Source: Bacteriovoracia bacterium
Lineage (GTDB): Bacteria; Bdellovibrionota; UBA1018; JBFWNL01
Assembly (NCBI GenBank): GCA_050251055.1
Contig: JBFWNL010000005.1
Coordinates: 226,451-290,450, forward strand
Length of the DNA: 64,000 nucleotides
Reading direction: 5' to 3'
The notes beneath the pieces were generated by a model, which was not told the DNA's origin, searched no databases, and was given only the letters and a program-made list of their open reading frames with translations. Each line of letters opens with the position of its first letter. Within the stretch, counting starts at the first letter, position 1. Below, piece after piece: positions 46,307 to 56,760 of this stretch. The position numbers were made by a program, and so were the translations under genes.

Positions 46307-47095
46307 CTACTTCACCTCGTTCAGGTTCCAGTCGTAATCGAGATAGGAAATTTTTGAAGATTTGAGAATGGCTTCTTTGGCTGACTGACTAAGATTACTT
46401 CTCTGAGCAAGGAACTGTCTTAAATCTTTTTCTTCGCCGAAATCCGATCCATACCACTTGAAAATCGATGAAAGATGGAGGGTGTTCGTGGCTTGATCAT
46501 ATTTATTGAAGCTAAAGTTATTCACAAAATGTCGGGCAGCCATTTCAAGTTGCTCATCGAGGCGACTCGCCTCAAACGGAACCCTCTGCAGCGGCGGACA
46601 GCCAATGGATGCGCAATTTACGGCAAAATGAATTCTTGGTTCTTTGTAATCTTTTCTGAGAATTTCATGCTCAATTCGGTCGAGGCTAGATTCCTCACCT
46701 AAAAATTGAAAAAACTTCATTTTCCAAGGATTCCCAAAAATCCCTCCAATCTTTTTAATCGAGGACACGGGATAATTTTCAACGACTAGCTGAAGAGTAA
46801 ACGAATTGTAAGCGTTAATAAGAAAAGCAATTTGCTCGTCTTTAGGCCAGGCCTTGAATCTACTGAGGCTAATCGCTGAAACTGACTTGTTAAACTCGAT
46901 GAGTTTTGAGGGGTCTTTTTTAAGGACCGCATACTTCACTTTTGTACTTTGGCCGGACTCAACAACATTCATCTCAAGCAGTTTTCGGTACACCGAGTAA
47001 TCGAAGGTATCGGTACTAGCGCGAACCGAAATTCCCCCTAAGGACAGAAAAATCATCAAAAAAGCAAAGTTGATTCTTGAGAGTCTAGACTTCAT
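46307..47095 (-). CDS. DUF547 domain protein
   Basis: AFLINAYN, LDRIEHEILR, EPRIHFAVNCASIGCPPL, SSIFKWY, YDWNLN. Confidence 0.92.
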   Translation of the reverse strand: MKSRLSRINFAFLMIFLSLGGISVRASTDTFDYSVYRKLLEMNVVESGQSTKVKYAVLKKDPSKLIEFNKSVSAISLSRFKAWPKDEQIAFLINAYNSFTLQLVVENYPVSSIKKIGGIFGNPWKMKFFQFLGEESSLDRIEHEILRKDYKEPRIHFAVNCASIGCPPLQRVPFEASRLDEQLEMAARHFVNNFSFNKYDQATNTLHLSSIFKWYGSDFGEEKDLRQFLAQRSNLSQSAKEAILKSSKISYLDYDWNLNEVK

Positions 47096-47113
47096 AATGT
47101 TTATATATTAACT
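47095..47113. promoter_or_regulatory. Operator palindrome 2 (degenerate)
   Basis: TAATGTTTATATATTAACT in the 26-bp divergent gap. Confidence 0.65.
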
Positions 47114-47121
47114 TTTACGGC

Positions 47122-49272
47122 ATGGGGCAAGTGGGCAAACTCAAAAAGACTATCATCATCCTCCTTATGGCTGCGGGCATCATTTGGGCGTTTAGAGCAT
47201 TTGGGCTCGGAGAATACCTTTCTTTTGGGTATCTCAAAGCAAACGCGTCTGCACTCCAGTCGCAAGTTGGTCAGCGGCCGATTTTTAGCACGGCCCTATA
47301 CTTTATCCTTTATGTTTTAGTGGCAGCTTTTTCGTTACCCGGTGCCGCTGTACTCACTCTAGCGGGCGGCGCGCTTTTTGGATTTGCGCAGGGACTTGTC
47401 TTAGTTTCTTTTGCAAGTACCGCTGGGGCGACCATCGCATTCCTCTTGTCTCGCTACTTTCTTAAAGATTGGGTTGAGAAACAGTTTGGATCAAAGATTC
47501 AAACCATTCAGGAGGGAGTTCAGAGAGACGGTGCTTTTTATCTTTTCTCGCTGAGACTTGTGCCCCTCTTTCCTTTTTTCTTGGTGAACCTCCTCATGGG
47601 ACTTACGCCCATGCGGATATGGACTTACTACTGGGTTAGTCAAATAGGAATGCTTGCGGGGACTGCGGCTTATGTGAATGCAGGTACAGAGCTTTCAAAA
47701 ATTGAATCATTAAGCGGAATTGTTTCTCCAGGTCTACTTGGCGCATTCGCAGTATTGGGACTTCTTCCAGTTTTTTCAAAATGGGTTCTTAATTCACTAA
47801 AGAGTGGAAAAGTTTATTCTGATTTTAAAAAACCCGCGCAATTTGACTACAACATGATTGTCATCGGTGCGGGCTCTGCGGGACTTGTAACATCCTATAT
47901 TGCAGCTGCGCTAAAAGCTCGTGTTGCGCTGATTGAAAAACACAAGATGGGTGGAGACTGTCTGAACACAGGCTGTGTACCAAGTAAGGCTTTGATTAAG
48001 AGTGCAAAGGTTGCCCATTTATCACGCAAACTTTCGCAATACGGACTTGAAGCCAGTCCCGCAAAAGTTGATTTTGCCAGAGTCATGGAAAGAGTGTCGG
48101 GAGTTATTAAGAAGATTGAACCTCATGATTCTGTAGAACGTTACTCAAGCCTTGGTGTTGAGTGCATTGAAGGCGCTGCTACCATTGAAAGTCCTTTTGC
48201 TGTTCGGGTGAACGGAAAGACTCTCACCACTAAAAATATCGTTATTGCCACAGGTGCAAGGCCTCTTGTTCCTAAAATCCCAGGATTAGAAAACGTTCCC
48301 CACTACACAAGTGATACGATTTGGGCATTGAGGCAGCAGCCTTCGCGTCTTTTAGTGCTTGGAGGAGGTCCTATCGGCTGTGAGCTGGCCCAATCCTTTG
48401 CAAGGCTTGGATCAAAAGTCACTCAGGTTGAAATGGCTCCACGCCTTATGATTCGCGAAGACGTTGATGTTTCCGCTCACATTGAAGCTACTTTTAGAAG
48501 TGAGGGAATTGATGTTCGCTGTTCTCATAAGGCCCTTGAGTTTTCGAGTAGAGACAATCGTAGCTTTCTTAAGTGTGAAACCAAGGACGGAAACGTTGAA
48601 ATCGAATTTGATGCTGTTCTTTTAGCTCTTGGAAGAGTGGCTAATACCAAGGGATTCGGATTGGAAACTCTGGGCATTGAGAACTCTCCTCGTGGCACCC
48701 TCACTCATGATCCATTTCTCAGAACCAAATTTCCCAACGTCTATGTTTGCGGTGATGTAGCTGGACCTTATCAATTCACACATACAGCGGCTCACCAAGC
48801 TTGGTACGCTTCTGTAAATGCGCTGCTTGCTCCTTTTGTAAAATTTAAAGCAGATTACCGCGTGATTCCTTGGTGCACCTTTTCTGATCCAGAAGTTGCA
48901 CGAGTTGGAATTAATGAAGCAGAAGCCAAAGAGCAAAAGCTTGATGTGGAAGTCGTCAAGTACGGTATTGATGATTTAGATCGTGCCATTGCAGATTCAG
49001 AAGACGAAGGCTTCGTAAAAGTCATCGTTCAAAAAGGGTCAGATAAAATTCTGGGAGCGACAATTGTAGGCGCTCACGCGGGCGACATGATCACTGAATT
49101 TGTGAGCGCCATGAAACACGGAATTGGTCTGAATAAGATCTTAGGCACTATACATATTTATCCCACCCATTCTGAAGCCAACAAGTTCGCGGCGGGCCTT
49201 TGGAAGCAAAAGAATAAGCCTGAAAACCTATTACGATGGGTTGAGAAGTTTCACTCATGGAGAAGGAATTAA
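47122..49272 (+). CDS. DedA/VTT (SNARE-associated) domain fused to FAD-dependent pyridine nucleotide-disulfide oxidoreductase (LpdA/MerA-like)
   Basis: LRLVPLFPFFLVN; GAGSAG, GGDCLNTGCVPSK, GGGPIG, HIYPTHSE. Confidence 0.92.
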   Translation: MGQVGKLKKTIIILLMAAGIIWAFRAFGLGEYLSFGYLKANASALQSQVGQRPIFSTALYFILYVLVAAFSLPGAAVLTLAGGALFGFAQGLVLVSFASTAGATIAFLLSRYFLKDWVEKQFGSKIQTIQEGVQRDGAFYLFSLRLVPLFPFFLVNLLMGLTPMRIWTYYWVSQIGMLAGTAAYVNAGTELSKIESLSGIVSPGLLGAFAVLGLLPVFSKWVLNSLKSGKVYSDFKKPAQFDYNMIVIGAGSAGLVTSYIAAALKARVALIEKHKMGGDCLNTGCVPSKALIKSAKVAHLSRKLSQYGLEASPAKVDFARVMERVSGVIKKIEPHDSVERYSSLGVECIEGAATIESPFAVRVNGKTLTTKNIVIATGARPLVPKIPGLENVPHYTSDTIWALRQQPSRLLVLGGGPIGCELAQSFARLGSKVTQVEMAPRLMIREDVDVSAHIEATFRSEGIDVRCSHKALEFSSRDNRSFLKCETKDGNVEIEFDAVLLALGRVANTKGFGLETLGIENSPRGTLTHDPFLRTKFPNVYVCGDVAGPYQFTHTAAHQAWYASVNALLAPFVKFKADYRVIPWCTFSDPEVARVGINEAEAKEQKLDVEVVKYGIDDLDRAIADSEDEGFVKVIVQKGSDKILGATIVGAHAGDMITEFVSAMKHGIGLNKILGTIHIYPTHSEANKFAAGLWKQKNKPENLLRWVEKFHSWRRN

Positions 49273-49274
49273 AT

Positions 49275-49688
49275 ATGCATTACGATAACGGCTTCGAACA
49301 CAAACTAGAAAAATCGCTTCTTTGCCTTAGGCTAGGAGTGTTTTTGGTCATGTTCATGTGGACTCTAGATAAATTCGTAAACCCTGAGCACGCTCTTGGA
49401 GTATTTGAAAAATTCTACTTTCTAGGAGGCTTTTCAAAACAACTTCTGTTTGTATTTGCTGGAGCGGAGATGCTCATCCTTGCGGCATTCCTTATTGGAT
49501 ATAAAAAAACTCTTAGCTACGGATTTGTGCTTGGCTTCCATTTTATTTCGACAATTTCTTCTTACAAACAATACTTAAACCCATGGCAGGGAGCGAGTCT
49601 GTTGTTTTTTGCCGCTTGGCCAATGTTGGCCGCGTGCTTTGCATTGTTTTGGTTGAGGGACTATGACAAACGTTTCAGTATCACCTAA
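49275..49688 (+). CDS. DoxX-like membrane protein
   Basis: LRLGVFLVMFMWTLDKF; four TM segments. Confidence 0.7.
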   Translation: MHYDNGFEHKLEKSLLCLRLGVFLVMFMWTLDKFVNPEHALGVFEKFYFLGGFSKQLLFVFAGAEMLILAAFLIGYKKTLSYGFVLGFHFISTISSYKQYLNPWQGASLLFFAAWPMLAACFALFWLRDYDKRFSIT

Positions 49689-50664
49689 AATCGAAAGTCG
49701 AATTCCTGGCTTCTCAAAACTGCTTCAAGAAAAAGGACTGAGACTTTCCAGATCTGCGGTTACCACTCTCCAGGTTAATCTTGGCAAACTTTGCAATCAG
49801 GCTTGTCGGCACTGCCACGTTGAAGCCGGTCCCACAAAAACAAAAGAGAATATGAATGAGGAGACTTTTAGTCGTCTAAAAATACTTATTCAGAACTCAC
49901 ACGATCTTCAAACTATCGACATCACTGGAGGCGCCCCCGAACTAAATCCTCATTTTCGCGATCTCGTCAGTTTTGCAAATTCTCGCGGAATCGACGTTAT
50001 TGATCGCTGTAATTTGACTGTTCTATTTGAAAAAGGACAAGAAGATACAGCCGCGTTCTTGGCCGCCCAGAGGGTGCAGGTTGTCGCCTCTTTGCCCTGT
50101 TACTCAAGAGACAATGTAGACAAACAGCGCGGGAACGGAGTCTTTGAAAAAAGTATTAAGGCGCTGAGACTACTGAATGAGCTTGGTTTTGGTGTTGAGG
50201 GTTCAGGCCTAAAGCTACACCTTGTTTATAATCCACTTGGTCCTAGTCTGCCCCCAGAACAAAGAAAACTCGAACTTAAGTACAAGGAAGAACTTAAGGA
50301 AGATTTTGGCGTTTCGTTTAACCAACTTTTTACGATCACGAATATGCCTATCAAACGATTCCTGGATGATCTAAACCGCGCTGGGCGTTTACAGGAATAC
50401 ATGGAACTTCTCGTTAGCAGCTTCAACTCTTCAGCCGTTGATGGAGTTATGTGCCGAAGCCTGCTTTCAGTTTCTTGGGATGGGCGACTTTTTGATTGCG
50501 ACTTTAATCAAATGCTTGAATTGAGAATGAGTCCCAAACTTTCAAAGTCGATTTTTGAAATCGAATCATTTGATGAGTTTAAAAATACAAACATTTCAGT
50601 TGCGAATCATTGCTACGGCTGTACGGCTGGAAGCGGCAGCTCGTGCACGGGCGCACTCATTTAA
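49663..50664 (+). CDS. arsS: Arsenosugar biosynthesis radical SAM enzyme ArsS
   Basis: LQVNLGKLCNQACRHCHV, TGGAPE, DRCNL, SLPCY, C-terminal HCYGCTAGSGSSC; adjacent to arsM. Confidence 0.9.
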   Translation: MTNVSVSPKIESRIPGFSKLLQEKGLRLSRSAVTTLQVNLGKLCNQACRHCHVEAGPTKTKENMNEETFSRLKILIQNSHDLQTIDITGGAPELNPHFRDLVSFANSRGIDVIDRCNLTVLFEKGQEDTAAFLAAQRVQVVASLPCYSRDNVDKQRGNGVFEKSIKALRLLNELGFGVEGSGLKLHLVYNPLGPSLPPEQRKLELKYKEELKEDFGVSFNQLFTITNMPIKRFLDDLNRAGRLQEYMELLVSSFNSSAVDGVMCRSLLSVSWDGRLFDCDFNQMLELRMSPKLSKSIFEIESFDEFKNTNISVANHCYGCTAGSGSSCTGALI

Positions 50665-50673
50665 GATAAGGAG

Positions 50674-51735
50674 ATGAATATGGAAACCATGTCAGAAAAT
50701 ACCAAAAAAGAAGTGCAGGAATATTACGGAAAAGTTCTTGCCACGAACAAGGACCTAAAGACCAATGCCTGCTGTCTTGCGGATTCTGTGCCTCATTATC
50801 AGAAGGCATATCTCTCTCGCATTCATGAAGAGGTTCTTGAAAAGTTCTACGGGTGCGGTTCACCGATCCCTCACGCCTTAGAAGGTAAATCAGTTCTTGA
50901 TCTGGGCAGTGGCAGTGGTCGCGATTCATTCTTGATTGCGGCGCTTGCTGGCCCAACTGGACGGGTGATTGGCGTGGACATGACCGATGAACAGCTTGCT
51001 GTGGCTGAAAAACATCGTGACTACCATGTTAAACAATTTGGACTTAAGGACGCTTGTATTCAGTTTAAAAAAGGATTCATCGAAGACCTGAAAGCTTTGG
51101 ATATACCGGATGAATCGCTTGATGTAGTAGTCTCAAACTGCGTGATCAACTTGTCGCCAAACAAAGAGCAGGTTTTTCGTGAGATATTTAGAGTCCTTAA
51201 ACCTGGTGGAGAACTTTACTTTTCGGATATTTTTTCGACTCGTCGACTGCCTGAGAGTTTCAAATCGGATTCGGTCCTTGTGGGCGAATGTTTGGGTAGC
51301 GCTCTCTACACTGAAGACTTCAGGCGAATGATGTTAAAAATTGGCGTTAGCGATTTTAGAATTGTTAAAAGCTCCCTTGTTACGATTAATGATCCAGCAA
51401 TCGAAGCTCGAATCGGAAAGACGCAGTTTCTATCTAACACTGTTAGAGCTTTCAAAATGAATCTAGAAGATCGTTGTGAAGACTTTGGGCAGGTCGCTAC
51501 TTACAAAGGCGGCATTCCCTATTCTGAAGAACTCTTTATGTTGGACGATCATCATATTTTTGAAAAGAATCGTCCCATGCTTGTCTGTGGCAATACTGCA
51601 GACATGCTCTCAAAGAGCAGATATGGAAAGTTTTTCGAAGTTAGAGGCGACAAGCAAAGTCACTTTGGGCTCTTTGATTGTGCTCCTATTCAGGGCGCGG
51701 CTCAGGTGGGAATCCAAGCCGGAGCCTGCTGCTAA
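50674..51735 (+). CDS. arsM: Arsenite S-adenosylmethionine methyltransferase
   Basis: DLKTNACC, FYGCGSP, LDLGSGSGRD, SNCVINLSP, GECL, EDRCED, VCGNT. Confidence 0.92.
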   Translation: MNMETMSENTKKEVQEYYGKVLATNKDLKTNACCLADSVPHYQKAYLSRIHEEVLEKFYGCGSPIPHALEGKSVLDLGSGSGRDSFLIAALAGPTGRVIGVDMTDEQLAVAEKHRDYHVKQFGLKDACIQFKKGFIEDLKALDIPDESLDVVVSNCVINLSPNKEQVFREIFRVLKPGGELYFSDIFSTRRLPESFKSDSVLVGECLGSALYTEDFRRMMLKIGVSDFRIVKSSLVTINDPAIEARIGKTQFLSNTVRAFKMNLEDRCEDFGQVATYKGGIPYSEELFMLDDHHIFEKNRPMLVCGNTADMLSKSRYGKFFEVRGDKQSHFGLFDCAPIQGAAQVGIQAGACC

Positions 51736-52595
51736 TGCTAGCAATCATCGGTGGTACCGGACTCTATAATTTGCCAAATGTAAAAATAGTTTCCGAAGAA
51801 ATAGTAGAAACTCCTTTCGGAACGCCTTCGGGTCCTATCATACGAGCAAGACTCGACGACAAGGAACTTCTGTTTTTGGCAAGACATGGTGTCGGCCATA
51901 AGTTTCTTCCTGGTGAAGTTAACTACCGAGCCAATATCTTTGCCTTAAAGAAGGCCGGCACTAAAACTGTGCTTTCGGTTTCTGCAGTTGGTAGCCTAAG
52001 AGAAAATCTTCATCCTGGAGATCTGGTAGCCATCGATCAATACCTTGATTTTACAAAAGGCAAAAGAATCTCCACTTTCTTTGGTGAAGGCATCGCAGGG
52101 CACATTACTGGAGCCTATCCGGTATCAAAGCTTCTGCAGCAATTGATTTTAGAAGTTGGAAATAGCCTGATGTTTCAGAAACGAAAAATTCACACCTCCG
52201 GAACCTATGTTTGTGTCGAAGGTCCAAGGCTCGGGACGCGAGCTGAGAGCCTCATGTTTCGCACTCTTGGGGCAGACATAGTGGGGATGACAAACGTTCC
52301 AGAATGCTTTCTGGCAAGAGAAGCACAAATCGCTTACGCATCGGTTGGCGTTGTCACTGACTACGATAGTTGGCAAGATGATCCGAGCCAGCATGTCGAT
52401 GTCTCAAAGATCTTTGCACTCTATTCAGAGGCATTGAGCGATGTTGTCCGTCTCATAGAATCACTTATTGTTCGCTATAGTTCATCCGCGATTGAGGAAT
52501 GTCCAAGCCGAACAGCTCTCAAACATAGCATTTTGACTGACGAGAACCGTCTCACACACGATTCAAAAGAACTCTTGAAAGTATTGAGGCTTTAA
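51735..52595 (+). CDS. MTAP-family purine nucleoside phosphorylase
   Basis: IIGGTGLY, LARHG, VNYRANI, SAVGSL, EGPR, GMTNVPE, VTDYD. Confidence 0.92.
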   Translation: MLAIIGGTGLYNLPNVKIVSEEIVETPFGTPSGPIIRARLDDKELLFLARHGVGHKFLPGEVNYRANIFALKKAGTKTVLSVSAVGSLRENLHPGDLVAIDQYLDFTKGKRISTFFGEGIAGHITGAYPVSKLLQQLILEVGNSLMFQKRKIHTSGTYVCVEGPRLGTRAESLMFRTLGADIVGMTNVPECFLAREAQIAYASVGVVTDYDSWQDDPSQHVDVSKIFALYSEALSDVVRLIESLIVRYSSSAIEECPSRTALKHSILTDENRLTHDSKELLKVLRL

Positions 52596-52597
52596 AA

Positions 52598-53293
52598 ATG
52601 AAGCCTACGGTCAAGCTTTCAGTAATCATTCCTACGCGAGAGTTTGAGTCCAATATTTCTAGTTTAGTAGGATCGATAGAGTCCAATCTTAAAGGTTCAT
52701 CGATCTCTTTTGAAATTCTTGTTTCATACCCAGAGGGCTGTGCCCTTAGTTCAGATCTTAAGGGTCTTTCGGCTCAATTTCTTGCGTGTCCAAGGATTGG
52801 TCGCAGTTACCAGTTGAATCATGCGACAGACACCGCAAAAGGTGATTGGCTGCTCTTTTTGCACGCTGACTCGGTTCTTGATTCCTCTTGCTTAAAGAAG
52901 CTTGTTGATGTGATCGAATCACCTGAGACTTCTCGCGATAGTCTCTACTATTTTTGGTTGCGCTTTGATTCGGATGGTCCACAAATGTGTGCACTCAATG
53001 CTGCGTTTGCGAATCTCAGATCCATGTATTTTAGATTACCATTTGGGGACCAAGGATTTTTACTTCTACGAGATTCATTTCTTAAAATCGGGGCTTTCCC
53101 CACCAAATATGCCTCCGGCGAAGATCACGCGTTTGTTCAAAAGGCAAAAAGTGAAAATATTTCGATCAAGCCAATCGGAGCGTGGATCAAAACTAGCGCC
53201 CGTAAATATCAAAAATTAGGCTGGCTTCAGGTAACCCTTAAGCACCTTTATCTGACAGCTAAGCAGGAAGTGTTACGAGTGGGCTTGCGATGA
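52598..53293 (+). CDS. Family-2 glycosyltransferase (TIGR04283-like, arsenosugar-associated)
   Basis: LSVIIP, LLFLHADS, LPFGDQG, ED, TSARKY. Confidence 0.85.
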   Translation: MKPTVKLSVIIPTREFESNISSLVGSIESNLKGSSISFEILVSYPEGCALSSDLKGLSAQFLACPRIGRSYQLNHATDTAKGDWLLFLHADSVLDSSCLKKLVDVIESPETSRDSLYYFWLRFDSDGPQMCALNAAFANLRSMYFRLPFGDQGFLLLRDSFLKIGAFPTKYASGEDHAFVQKAKSENISIKPIGAWIKTSARKYQKLGWLQVTLKHLYLTAKQEVLRVGLR

Positions 53294-53931
53294 AGAAGTT
53301 ACGCTTCGCTCTAGCTGTATTCGTAAAAACTCCGGGCTTAAGCCCCATTAAGACCCGACTTGCCAAGAGCATTGGAGAGTCGCAAGCCTTAAAAGTTTAT
53401 CAAAAATGCCTTGAAATGACTCAATCCAAAATTGATCGCCTTGTTGTCGAATCTTCACAGATTATTATTCCGTATTGGGCAGTCGCAGAAAAAGAAGGTC
53501 TTACGGATGCACATTGGAAAACCTGGAATCGTATCTATCAAGGCGAAGGAGAGCTTGGAGATCGACTGAGTCAAGTTTACGACCAACTACTTTGCCAGTT
53601 TGACGGAGTCATTTTGATGGGTGCCGATTCCCCGCTTTTTCCTTCGGCTGAACTCCAAGATGGGATCTCGTGGCTTGCAAATAATGAATTTGGAGCGCTT
53701 GTTGGTCCTACGTTGGATGGAGGCTATTACTCGTTTGGATTTCGCAAGCCTGTTCCGAAGTCAATCTGGACTTCGGTTCCCTACAGCACATCAACAACTT
53801 TAGCCTCATTTCTCGACTTACTCCCTAGTCAAATTGAGAAGAAATTTTTGAGCAAACATTGGGACGTGGATACCGAGGACGATTTTAGGCGTCTCGAACG
53901 TGAGGTTCCCGATTTTATGGAAGGAACTTGA
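53290..53931 (+). CDS. DUF2064/TIGR04282 CofC-like transferase
   Basis: FVKTP...KTRLA, QGEGELGDRL, GADSP, GPTLDGGYY, DVDTEDD. Confidence 0.88.
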   Translation: MKKLRFALAVFVKTPGLSPIKTRLAKSIGESQALKVYQKCLEMTQSKIDRLVVESSQIIIPYWAVAEKEGLTDAHWKTWNRIYQGEGELGDRLSQVYDQLLCQFDGVILMGADSPLFPSAELQDGISWLANNEFGALVGPTLDGGYYSFGFRKPVPKSIWTSVPYSTSTTLASFLDLLPSQIEKKFLSKHWDVDTEDDFRRLEREVPDFMEGT

Positions 53932-53934
53932 AAA

Positions 53935-55059
53935 ATGGAAATTGCAATCTTTTTAGCGGTCATCATTCTTGCCTACGTGAATGGAGCTAACGATAACTTC
54001 AAAGGAGTTTCAACCCTGTACGGTGGCGGAGTTCTTAACTACAAAGAAGCTCTCGTCTGGAGTAGCATTTCGACAGCCGTTGGCTGCCTTGGAGCTGTCT
54101 TACTTGTGCAGGGACTCGCAAAAAAATTCGGCGGAGCAGGCCTTGTTGATTCTAGCCTTCTCAACAATCCCATGCTTCCGCTAAGCGTTGCAATGGCCGC
54201 ACTTGCAACTGTGGGACTTGCCACCAAACTTGGATTCCCCATTTCAACAACTCATGCACTTTTGGGGTCACTTGCAGGTGTTGGGTTTTCTCTAGGCCTT
54301 GCTGATGGCTTCGAGAGACAATTGGGCGCTCTTTTTCTCCCGTTGTTGCTAAGTCCCCTAATAGCGGCTCTCATAGCTTGTTTTGGTTGGATGTCCTTTC
54401 GAAGGCTCAAGGGAGCAAGTGCATCTCAAAGCCCGATTGAAGACTCATGTGTTTGTGCTAGCCAAGGTCTAGCGTTGTCGAGCAACGCGGCTTTTTCAAG
54501 CACCGTTGCGATTCCAGCTCTTACCTATGCAAGTATTAGCTCTTGTAAGCAGAGAGGGCTCACTGAAATTGTGCGCCTTCCGAAACGCGATCTTATTCAT
54601 CTTGGCAGCGCATTTGCTGTTTGTGCAGCTCGTGGGCTTAACGATGCCCCCAAAATTGCTGGCCTCTTGCTCTTAACCTCTCATAAGGGCGTGAGTCTCA
54701 CTAGCTACTCAGCTATTTCCATAGCAATGGTCTTGGGTGGAGTTTTTCATTCCCACAAGATCGCTGAACGGATGAGCGTTAAGGTGGCGCAAATGAGTGA
54801 AAAAAGTTCCGTCTGGAATAACTTGGTAACGAGTTCACTCGTCTTATTTGCTTCGAAGCTTGGGGTTCCAGTTTCTACAACGCATACCTCTGTTGGAAGT
54901 ATAGCTGGAACTGGGAAGTCAGAGGGAAAACTTCAATTTTTTGAGCTTAGTAAAATTCTCGGAGCATGGATTCTCACTCTACCTTGCGCCTTTGTCATAG
55001 CGTACCTACTCTCAAAAAGTGTTCCTGCTCTGAGCTCATTCGAGGTTCTGACAAGATGA
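53935..55059 (+). CDS. PiT-family inorganic phosphate/oxyanion transporter
   Basis: NGANDN, PISTTHAL, GLNDAPK, PVSTTH; Cys-containing loop (SCVC, SSC). Confidence 0.9.
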   Translation: MEIAIFLAVIILAYVNGANDNFKGVSTLYGGGVLNYKEALVWSSISTAVGCLGAVLLVQGLAKKFGGAGLVDSSLLNNPMLPLSVAMAALATVGLATKLGFPISTTHALLGSLAGVGFSLGLADGFERQLGALFLPLLLSPLIAALIACFGWMSFRRLKGASASQSPIEDSCVCASQGLALSSNAAFSSTVAIPALTYASISSCKQRGLTEIVRLPKRDLIHLGSAFAVCAARGLNDAPKIAGLLLLTSHKGVSLTSYSAISIAMVLGGVFHSHKIAERMSVKVAQMSEKSSVWNNLVTSSLVLFASKLGVPVSTTHTSVGSIAGTGKSEGKLQFFELSKILGAWILTLPCAFVIAYLLSKSVPALSSFEVLTR

Positions 55060-55667
55060 TTGATAACGGCTTTCGCGCAATTCTACCTCGTTATGTTCAG
55101 CCTCTTCTTCGGCTGTATCAGAGACTAGGACTTAGCCCGAACGCTGTAACAATTCTGGGTTGTTTCTTCGGAATAGTGTCTGCTGCAATTGTCGCCCAAG
55201 AATATTTTGTTATTGGCGCTGCAATCTGGTGGTTAGGCAGACTTCTTGATGGCACCGATGGTATTTATGCTCGTCACCTCAATCACTCTTCAAAGTTTGG
55301 CGCTTTCCTAGACATTAATTGTGACATGCTTGCGTACTGCGCGATGATTTTAGCCTTTGCAAAAGTGTGGCCTGAGCACTTTTTAATTTGGATCTCTATC
55401 GTCATCTTATACGTCCTTTGTATTTCAGGAGCTTTGTCACTCGGAAGCTTGCAGGGAGCATCGCTCAAATCGAATAATCGAAAACTTCACTTAGCAGCTG
55501 GCCTCGCAGAAGGTGGCGAGACAGGAATTTTTTATACGATATGCCTTCTGTTGCCGGCATACATTCATTCGCTCAGTCTCGCTTGGATCGGAGTTCTAGC
55601 CGTTACCGTTGTAGCTAGAACTGTCATCGCATTCCAGACTCTTAAGCAAGATACGGAGTCAAAATGA
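55056..55667 (+). CDS. CDP-alcohol phosphatidyltransferase
   Basis: SPNAVT, DGTDGIYAR...SKFGAFLDINCD. Confidence 0.92.
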   Translation: MIDNGFRAILPRYVQPLLRLYQRLGLSPNAVTILGCFFGIVSAAIVAQEYFVIGAAIWWLGRLLDGTDGIYARHLNHSSKFGAFLDINCDMLAYCAMILAFAKVWPEHFLIWISIVILYVLCISGALSLGSLQGASLKSNNRKLHLAAGLAEGGETGIFYTICLLLPAYIHSLSLAWIGVLAVTVVARTVIAFQTLKQDTESK

Positions 55668-56365
55668 TAGGAAATCGCGAACTCGTACTTGTTGGTGCGG
55701 CGCTTGTCTTGATCTTGCTTGGATTCTTTTTTCCACTACGCCGATTTTCTCGAAACCAAGCCATTCGCCATTTACTATTTCATGCTTTTTTTTCAGGAAT
55801 CGTTTTAGCTGAGGTCGCAGCTTTAGAAAGATTTAGAGTTTTTGAGGGAAGCTTTTTTAGCCTTCAAAGCCTTGGTCCCCTCTGGTTCAGGGTTTTGATA
55901 TGCATTCTTGTGCTAGATCTTTTTTCCTACTTCTGGCATCGCCTCAACCACACTTGGTCTTGGCTTTGGAGGTGGCACAAGTTTCATCACCAAGCGGAGG
56001 CAATGGACCCACTTGCTGCGTATCGCTTTCATCCGATTGAGGTCTTTTTCGGATACCAGTTACGAGCCACGTTGATTTGGTTGCTAGGCTTTGGTGCTGA
56101 TGAAATTTCAACATTTGTCATTTTGTATGGCGTGCTCAATCTCTTTCAGCATTCTAACTTTCGCATTCAACCAACTGTCCAAACATTTCTATCAAAGATT
56201 GTTGTCACACCGAATCTTCATCATGTGCATCATTTGAGAGATCGCGGCTCTCAAAACAGTAATTATTCAACAATTTTTATTTTTTGGGACAAGCTATTCG
56301 GCACCTACACCGAGCCGGGAGTTGTCCGGGAAAATGACATCGGTCTAGATTGGAGTTCTAAATGA
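55664..56365 (+). CDS. Sterol desaturase/fatty-acid hydroxylase family protein
   Basis: His boxes HRLNH, HKFHH, RFHP.E, HHVHH; NYS...WDKLFGT. Confidence 0.92.
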   Translation: MIGNRELVLVGAALVLILLGFFFPLRRFSRNQAIRHLLFHAFFSGIVLAEVAALERFRVFEGSFFSLQSLGPLWFRVLICILVLDLFSYFWHRLNHTWSWLWRWHKFHHQAEAMDPLAAYRFHPIEVFFGYQLRATLIWLLGFGADEISTFVILYGVLNLFQHSNFRIQPTVQTFLSKIVVTPNLHHVHHLRDRGSQNSNYSTIFIFWDKLFGTYTEPGVVRENDIGLDWSSK

Positions 56366-56760
56366 CGGCTGCAATAACTTTAATGAAAACTATTTTTTCT
56401 ATGAAATTTCCTTGGAACCTTTGGGTCGCAATCATGGCCGTGGTGAACATGGCGCTTGGGATTCTGTATTTCTCAATGCTGGAAGGAAAGCTGACCCTTG
56501 CGGCATTTATGGGGTCGTTTGCTGTAATGACAGTAATTTTTTCTAAATTCGGCTTCGTGAGGCTCCTTGGACTGGGCCATGTACTTTTTTGGACCCCACT
56601 TTGTATTTGGCTCTTAACAAGACTTCAAGATGGACAATATGATTTAGCGATCGGTCTGAAGACCTGGGTATACTGTGTACTCGTTGTTAATATCCTATCG
56701 CTTTTGATTGATTACGCTGATGTGATTCGCTACCTGCGAGGCGAAAGATCGGCACTTTGA
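56362..56760 (+). CDS. Membrane protein
   Basis: Four TM segments, GFVRLLGLGH, ATGA overlap. Confidence 0.75.
   Translation: MTAAITLMKTIFSMKFPWNLWVAIMAVVNMALGILYFSMLEGKLTLAAFMGSFAVMTVIFSKFGFVRLLGLGHVLFWTPLCIWLLTRLQDGQYDLAIGLKTWVYCVLVVNILSLLIDYADVIRYLRGERSAL

Noticed and set aside
47122-49272. Mercuric reductase merA call
   Set aside because: No C-terminal Cys-Cys pair and no mer genes; DedA fusion and HIYPT motif fit the LpdA-like family
49663-50664. Selenocysteine recoding in ArsS or YHS proteins (some homologs are selenoproteins)
   Set aside because: Frames are open with Cys codons and end in TAA/TAG; no in-frame TGA to recode
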